Virus record (IMG/VR): IMGVR_UViG_3300021963_000456
Location: 1-30,614 of that record
Direction: 5' to 3' (one strand)
Length of the DNA: 30,614 nucleotides
Source of the DNA: a virus
Lineage: Duplodnaviria; Caudoviricetes
Position 1 is the stretch's first letter. Each line of letters begins with the position of its first letter. A program made the position numbers and the translations under genes. Below are positions 24,942 to 30,614 of this stretch, piece by piece. The notes beneath the pieces are model-generated. The model did no database searches. It was not told where the DNA came from and saw only the letters and a program-made list of their open reading frames with translations.

Positions 24942-25196
24942 ATGGCAAAGAAAAATCCATCTCTAGCTGTTGGTCGTGGGGAGAAGCTCCCTGTGTCCAA
25001 GGGTGCAGGATTGACCGAAAAGGGTCGTGCCAAGTACAACCGTGAGACTGGGTCAAATTTAAAGGCTCCACAGCCACAAGGTGGCTCCCGCAAGGATTCG
25101 TTCTGCGCCAGAATGAGCGGTGTGGTGGAGCATTCAAAGGGTGATGCACCAAGGGCAAAAGCATCGCTGAAACGCTGGGATTGTCCATCATGGTAG
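24942..25196 (+). CDS. Small basic conserved phage protein (DUF6321-like)
   Basis: GLT.KGRAKYN..TGS.LKAP...RK.SFCARM.G...SL.RW.C pattern. Confidence 0.8.
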   Translation: MAKKNPSLAVGRGEKLPVSKGAGLTEKGRAKYNRETGSNLKAPQPQGGSRKDSFCARMSGVVEHSKGDAPRAKASLKRWDCPSW

Positions 25197-25682
25197 GCGG
25201 TCAATATGGGTAAAAAGTTTTTTTGCTTCTGTTTTGTATGCTTCATAGGCATCTTCTGCGGTGTCAAAAAAGCCTATGGTTGTGCGCTTTCCATTGTGAG
25301 AAATTCTTGCCATCCACTTGTCAACCGATTTGTGCCAAGTGACTCCTCTAAATCCAGAAGAGTTATTTTTTGGGGCTGGCCTGTTTTGCTGGTTTTGATG
25401 ATTTGTCGCCAATCGAAGATTTTCAAGTCGGTTGTCAAATTTTTTACCGTTTATGTGATCAATAAAAAATTTATTTGGTATTTGCCCAAAAAGCATTACC
25501 CAAATAACCCGGTGCAATTTATAAGTCTTGGAGTTAATGGTCACAACCTTATAGCCAGACCCATGAATGCACCCAGCAATGGAGCCTTTCACCATGTTTG
25601 ATCGTCCTTCTCTCCATCGGACAATTCCACTCATTGGGTCATACTCAAAAATTGATTTCAATTCTTCTTGCAACAGAGCCAT
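25188..25682 (-). CDS. HNH homing endonuclease with C-terminal AP2 domain
   Basis: LHRVIW...IDHINGKKFDNRLENLR and N.SGFRGV.W....KW.ARI...IG.F.T.EDA..AY; the only credible minus-strand gene; AT-rich. Confidence 0.92.
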   Translation of the reverse strand: MALLQEELKSIFEYDPMSGIVRWREGRSNMVKGSIAGCIHGSGYKVVTINSKTYKLHRVIWVMLFGQIPNKFFIDHINGKKFDNRLENLRLATNHQNQQNRPAPKNNSSGFRGVTWHKSVDKWMARISHNGKRTTIGFFDTAEDAYEAYKTEAKKLFTHIDRLP

Positions 25683-25739
25683 AATCAAATCCATTATCAA
25701 TGTGAATGGCAATAGTCTACCACTTTGGGAGAAATGGTA

Positions 25740-26813
25740 ATGGCGTACTCAGATACATTCGGTCAGACAGTCATCAACGTGCAAACGCTGATCGACCATG
25801 GCGCTCGTCGTTGTGGCAAGCTGGCTGAAGAACTGACTTCTGAGCAACAAGTTTCTGCTCGTGAAAGCCTGTACTTTCTGTTGTCCAGCCTAATCAACCG
25901 TGGCATTCAATATTGGGCCATCAGCAAGACAGTGATTGGCCTGAATGCCAACAAATACATTTACACCCTACCTCAAGGCGCTGTCGACTCGTTGAACGTG
26001 CTGTACAGGAAGATGAATAGGCCAACTGGCACTTACACATCAAGTGCTGGTGGCGTTGTATCGAATGCTGGCGACTCTGACATTGACACCTTTTGCCAGC
26101 AGACATCGACAAACGGCAACATTGCAATCTATTTTGGAACTGACAACCCAGTCTATGCGGGTTCGATTGGCATCCTGCCGTATGTGGCTGGTGGTGCATC
26201 GGCAACATGGTCTTACATTCTTGAATACTCCACGGATGGTTCGACATGGAACACGCTGTACGACGCTGGTACGGTGACGGTGACGGACAACCAGTGGATT
26301 TGGCACGACGTTGACCCCGGTCAGTCGGTCGAATACTACCGAGTCAGGGCATACAACAGCACCACCTTGGCACTGCGTGAGTTCTACGTTGGCAACAACA
26401 GCACCGAAATCACCATGGCACGGTTGAATCGTGACGACTACACCAACCTGCCAAACAAAAACTTCACGGCAAATCAGCCATTTCAATTCTGGTTTGACAG
26501 AACGATTCCTTTGCCCTCTTTGTACTTGTGGCCTGTCCCAAGTGACCCATTTGTGCAGATGACGGTTTGGTATTCCAGACAGGTCATGGATGTGGGTGCG
26601 CTCACGGATGAGCTTGAGATACCGCAACGGTGGTATGAGGCGACGGTGTGCATGTTGGCGCACAAGATGAGCATGGAGTTGCCCGGTGTCGCTGTGGATC
26701 GCATCTCCTACCTTGAAAAGATGGCTGACAAATACCTGTACGAAGTAGAGCAAGAGGAGCGTGACAAGTCGCCCATCTACTTTGCGCCGAACATCAGCGT
26801 GTATACGAGGTAA
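25740..26813 (+). CDS. Putative head-tail adaptor / tail tubular protein with an inserted beta-sandwich domain
   Basis: ARRCG...SARESL..L...NRG..W, R..Y..LPNK, LWPVP, IPQRW..A; central LEYSTDG.TW...YYRVR insertion. Confidence 0.72.
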   Translation: MAYSDTFGQTVINVQTLIDHGARRCGKLAEELTSEQQVSARESLYFLLSSLINRGIQYWAISKTVIGLNANKYIYTLPQGAVDSLNVLYRKMNRPTGTYTSSAGGVVSNAGDSDIDTFCQQTSTNGNIAIYFGTDNPVYAGSIGILPYVAGGASATWSYILEYSTDGSTWNTLYDAGTVTVTDNQWIWHDVDPGQSVEYYRVRAYNSTTLALREFYVGNNSTEITMARLNRDDYTNLPNKNFTANQPFQFWFDRTIPLPSLYLWPVPSDPFVQMTVWYSRQVMDVGALTDELEIPQRWYEATVCMLAHKMSMELPGVAVDRISYLEKMADKYLYEVEQEERDKSPIYFAPNISVYTR

Positions 26814-26816
26814 GCC

Positions 26817-27158
26817 ATGTCTAGATTCCTTGACACACTTGGAAATTCAGACATTGCAATTGCAGTATGCGACCGTTGCAAGATGAAACGTGCGCACTCG
26901 GTGATGAGGTCTGACCCGAACTTCCCCGGCCTCCAAGTCTGTGACCAAGGCTGTGCCGATGACTTCGACCCTTACCGCCTTCCTGCCAGAAAAACAGAAC
27001 GAATCACAATCAGATTTCCCCGACCAGATGTTCCGTTGAATGTTCCAAACAATCAACTGATAACAGGCGAGTATGGTTCGTATATTATTTCTACGCAATC
27101 AAACACACAAACCCCGTCAACAAACGGCAACCTTGATGAAATAGTGGTGGGCGAATAA
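26817..27158 (+). CDS. Conserved Cys-containing virion-module protein
   Basis: AVCDRC...GL.VC..C.D..DP...PRPD motif. Confidence 0.8.
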   Translation: MSRFLDTLGNSDIAIAVCDRCKMKRAHSVMRSDPNFPGLQVCDQGCADDFDPYRLPARKTERITIRFPRPDVPLNVPNNQLITGEYGSYIISTQSNTQTPSTNGNLDEIVVGE

Positions 27159-29008
27159 TGTCTTCAGTACAAACAACAATCACTCAATTGCCGCAGGCTG
27201 GTGCTATTACTGGTACGGAAGCTGTGCCCATCGTCCAAAACGGTGTTACCAAGCAAACCACAACAGCGGCTATTGCGGCATCACCATCACAGACACAGAC
27301 CTTCTTGACCATCAATCAAGAACCTACACTGACAAACAGCCGCTTCCTGTCCACAGGGACGGGTTTGGGGCTTGTTGATGGCGGTGCGCAGTCGTACTAC
27401 CGAATCACCCTGAACGGGGCTTCAGGGAGCCTTGAGGCGGCTGGCAACGGGTTTGTGGTCAAGGACAACTCAAATAGTGTTGTCAACCGCACAATTCAGG
27501 TCTCTGGCAACGGCTTGGCGATCACAAATGGCAGTGGAGTATCTGGCAACCCAGTAATTGCCTTGGATGGGCTTTCTGCCTCATTGGCGGGGATGTCTGG
27601 CTCGGGGCTGGTTGCGGTGCTGTCTGGTGCTACGGTCACACCACGAACCCTTCAGGGTACTGCTGACCAGATAGATGTGACAAACGGCAATGCGTTTGCT
27701 GGAAACCCAACTATTGGGCTGGCGAGCAACCCAGTGATCCCCGGCTCCGAGGCAGTCCAATTCCCCGCAGGCGGCACAGCACAACGCCCAGTCTCCCCCT
27801 CAAATGGAGACTTCCGATACAACTCCGACTTGGGTGCATTTGAAGGCTACGCAAACAACGTATGGGGCGTGATTGCCGCAGGTGGCGTGGGTGTTACATC
27901 CATTGCCACTGGCACTGGGTTGACTGGTGGGCCAATCACATCATCAGGCACTATCTCAATCGATAGCACCGTTGTCACCCTGACGGACACGCAGACACTG
28001 ACAAACAAAACGATCAGTGGTGCGAGCAACACTCTGACCAACATTGGCAACGCCAGTCTGACCAACTCATCGTTGACGATTGGCACAACCAGCATCTCTT
28101 TGGGTGCAACTGCCTTGACGCTAGGTGGCTTGACTACGGTTACGGTCACTCAAGACCCAACCGCCGCTTTGGATTTGGCGACCAAGCAATATGTGGATGC
28201 TGTTGCAGAGGGACTCCATGTCCACGCTCCTTCTGCGGCGGCAACGACAGGTACGCTGGCATCAATCACTGGCGGAACAGTAACCTACAACAACGGCACT
28301 GCTGGTGTTGGCGCTACTTTGACCTTGTCAGTTGCTTTGACCATCTTGGATGGCTACACACTGCTCAATGGCGACCGTATTTTGGTCAAGAACGAAGCAA
28401 CACAAGCCAACAACGGTATCTACACATGGGCAACAGGCGGCACGGTCTTAACCAGAGCCACTGACTTTGACACTGCCACTGAGATGGCAAGTGGCGACTT
28501 CACATTTGTCACAAACGGCACGTTGTACGCCAGCACAGGGTGGGTGCAGACTGATCCAGTGACCACTGTTGGAACAAGCCCTGTTGTGTGGGTGCAGTTC
28601 TCTGGCGCAGGAACTTACACCGCTGGAACTGGACTGACCCTCATTGGAAATCAATTCAGCCTTACCTCTCCTGTTACAGCCGCTTTAGGTGGCACAGGAC
28701 AAACATCGTATGCAACAGGAGATATGTTGTATGCAAGCGCCTCTACGACGCTGTCCAAGTTGACATTGGGTACTGCTGGATATTTTTTGACTGCTGGAGC
28801 ATCAGCGCCACAGTATGTCGATCCATCAACGCTGACAATTGGCATTGCAACAAATACAACCGTTACCGCAAATTCCACCAATGCAACCAACTACTTGACA
28901 TTTGTGTCTACAACAAGTGGAAATTTGCCTCAATTGGTAAACTCATCAATAACTTGCAATCCGTCCACTGGCAAATTGACTGGCGGTATTTCTGGAGGAA
29001 CTTTCTAA
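27158..29008 (+). CDS. Tail fibre / spike-like protein
   Basis: T/G/S-rich; GVTSI.TGTGLTGGPIT.SGTI, ATKQYVD, DRILVKN...NGIY...TRATD fibre motifs. Confidence 0.8.
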   Translation: MSSVQTTITQLPQAGAITGTEAVPIVQNGVTKQTTTAAIAASPSQTQTFLTINQEPTLTNSRFLSTGTGLGLVDGGAQSYYRITLNGASGSLEAAGNGFVVKDNSNSVVNRTIQVSGNGLAITNGSGVSGNPVIALDGLSASLAGMSGSGLVAVLSGATVTPRTLQGTADQIDVTNGNAFAGNPTIGLASNPVIPGSEAVQFPAGGTAQRPVSPSNGDFRYNSDLGAFEGYANNVWGVIAAGGVGVTSIATGTGLTGGPITSSGTISIDSTVVTLTDTQTLTNKTISGASNTLTNIGNASLTNSSLTIGTTSISLGATALTLGGLTTVTVTQDPTAALDLATKQYVDAVAEGLHVHAPSAAATTGTLASITGGTVTYNNGTAGVGATLTLSVALTILDGYTLLNGDRILVKNEATQANNGIYTWATGGTVLTRATDFDTATEMASGDFTFVTNGTLYASTGWVQTDPVTTVGTSPVVWVQFSGAGTYTAGTGLTLIGNQFSLTSPVTAALGGTGQTSYATGDMLYASASTTLSKLTLGTAGYFLTAGASAPQYVDPSTLTIGIATNTTVTANSTNATNYLTFVSTTSGNLPQLVNSSITCNPSTGKLTGGISGGTF

Positions 29009-30019
29009 ATGGCTCAAACAAATTACACCCCTATTCAGTTGTACTACAGCACAACTGCGGCGGCTGTTCCAACTTCAGGAAACCTGTTAGACGGCGAGTT
29101 GGCAATCAACATCACTGATGGCAAGCTGTATTACAAAAACAATTCAGGCGTTGTGACGTTGTTTGGTTCTTCTAGCGACCTCACAACCATCAATTTTGGT
29201 ACAACTGGACTGACACCATCAACTGCAACTGGTGGTGCTGTAACGGTTTCTGGTACGTTGATCACCTCAAACGGTGGTACTGGCTTGACATCATTCACTG
29301 CTGGTGACCTACCCTACTATGCGACTGGCACAGCACTGAGCAAATTGGGAATTGGCACAGCAGGTCAAATCTTGACATCAAGCGGCACAGCCCCTCAGTG
29401 GTCAACCCTAACTGGCGTGGCAGTCACAACCTTCTCTGCTGGCACAACAGGCTTTACGCCATCGGTAGCAACGTCTGGCGCAATTACTTTGTCGGGTACG
29501 CTGACAACTACCAATGGCGGCACAGGCGCAACCAGCTTGGCTGGCGCAAATATTCCTGTAACCAACGTAGCAAACACATTCACTGGACTTCAAACATTTG
29601 CTGGCACTACATCAAACGCAGATGTAAAGACTTCCAATATTTTGGAGACTGCAACTGTCTCCGCAACTGCGGCAACAGGCACAATCAACTACGATGTCAC
29701 CACGCAGTCAGTCTTGTACTACACGACCAATGCAAGTGGTAACTTCACCGTCAACTTCAGAGGCTCAAGCGGCACAACACTGAACACCATCATGGCTACA
29801 GGCGAATCATTGTCTGTCACCTTCTTGGTAACCAATGGCTCGACTGCTTACTACAACTCCGCTGTGCAAGTGGATGGTTCTTCTGTAACTCCAAAGTGGC
29901 AGGGCGGTTCTGCACCAACCTCTGGTAATGCAAGTTCAATTGATAGCTACACCTATGTAATTATCAAAGTTGGAAGTGCATCGTTTACAGTTTTGGCTTC
30001 GGTAACGAAATTTGCATGA
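29009..30019 (+). CDS. Tail fibre-like protein
   Basis: GELAIN..DGKLYYK N-terminus, NGGTG repeats, KWQGGSAPT...D.Y C-terminus. Confidence 0.8.
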   Translation: MAQTNYTPIQLYYSTTAAAVPTSGNLLDGELAINITDGKLYYKNNSGVVTLFGSSSDLTTINFGTTGLTPSTATGGAVTVSGTLITSNGGTGLTSFTAGDLPYYATGTALSKLGIGTAGQILTSSGTAPQWSTLTGVAVTTFSAGTTGFTPSVATSGAITLSGTLTTTNGGTGATSLAGANIPVTNVANTFTGLQTFAGTTSNADVKTSNILETATVSATAATGTINYDVTTQSVLYYTTNASGNFTVNFRGSSGTTLNTIMATGESLSVTFLVTNGSTAYYNSAVQVDGSSVTPKWQGGSAPTSGNASSIDSYTYVIIKVGSASFTVLASVTKFA

Positions 30020-30576
30020 TGATTCAAACTTGCCGCAAATGCCTTGTTGAAAAGCCCGTTGAGGACTATCAGTTCCATCGGGTTAGTGGCAAGTATTACC
30101 AAACGTGCAGGCGTTGCAGGCAGTTGAAAAGTTACGAGTGGAACAAAAGCAATCGTGATAAAAAGAACGAGTCAGACAGAAAATGGCGCAAAGCCAATCC
30201 AGAAAAATTGTGGGCAAATCGCAATCCAGAAGAACATAGAATTAAAGCGGCAAAAGCTAGCAAAGAGTGGGCGGAAAGAAACCCAAACTATCAACATGAG
30301 CATTATTTAAAAAACAAAACAAAGTATGTAGCCGCAAGAGCAAGACGCAGGGCGGCACAAGCAAATGCAACGCCAAGTTGGTTAACAGCAATTGATAAGG
30401 CTCAGATTCAAGAAATGTACGATGTATCGGTGGCTAGAGAAATGCAAATAGGTATAAAGCATCATGTAGACCACATAATTCCTATTATGGGAAAAAATGT
30501 GTCTGGGATGCACGTTCCTTGGAATTTGCAAGTAATCACAGCAACTGAAAACCTCAGTAAAGGTTGGAGAATTTAA
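30016..30576 (+). CDS. HNH endonuclease with N-terminal Zn-binding region
   Basis: CxxC...CxxC; ATPSWL; HVDHIIP..G..VSGMHVPWNLQVI...NLSK. Confidence 0.92.
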   Translation: MMIQTCRKCLVEKPVEDYQFHRVSGKYYQTCRRCRQLKSYEWNKSNRDKKNESDRKWRKANPEKLWANRNPEEHRIKAAKASKEWAERNPNYQHEHYLKNKTKYVAARARRRAAQANATPSWLTAIDKAQIQEMYDVSVAREMQIGIKHHVDHIIPIMGKNVSGMHVPWNLQVITATENLSKGWRI

Positions 30577-30614
30577 TGCCACGTTTATCCAAAATTGGTG
30601 CTGCCGCACTAGCC
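30576..30614 (+). CDS. Start of the next tail-region gene (MPRLSKIGAAALA...), truncated by the window
   Basis: TAATG coupling, GGAG RBS. Confidence 0.6.
   Translation, partial: MPRLSKIGAAALA

Noticed and set aside
25188-25712. Group I intron around the HNH gene
   Set aside because: Flanking genes are intact, the HNH is antisense, and there is no room for an intron core.
6189-29593. Many minus-strand and alternate-frame ORFs in the track (e.g. 14963-15775, 26040-26753)
   Set aside because: They are shadows of well-supported + strand genes and have no motifs or RBS.
1-30614. Alternative genetic code, programmed frameshift, integrase/att site or diversity-generating retroelement
   Set aside because: Core genes are uninterrupted in code 11, and I saw no RT, integrase, TR/VR repeat pair or convincing slippery site.

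Overview
A 30.6 kb segment of a tailed dsDNA phage, probably podovirus-like; a freshwater betaproteobacterial host is an inference from gene families and motifs. Nearly everything is on the + strand. Order: end of a DNA methyltransferase; RusA-like resolvase; about 20 small early or accessory genes driven by a repeated promoter cassette; TerS and TerL; a roughly 740 nt non-coding island (structured RNAs, tRNA-CAT, consensus sigma70 promoter, C4-like RNA); two large modular polyvalent proteins (PcfJ-like and ADP-ribosyltransferase modules); portal; GroES-like co-chaperonin; scaffold; major capsid; small basic proteins; adaptor; and tail-fibre-like genes with two free-standing HNH nucleases. The most striking unexplained signal is a short [FYMLK]-[AKR]-x-G-G motif, about 25 copies in at least 5 probable virion proteins. 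It sits at module boundaries, which suggests a polyprotein-processing or capsid-cargo-tagging system. Also notable are several unassigned, highly base-paired non-coding regions around the terminase genes. All family calls come from recognising motifs by eye; no search was run.
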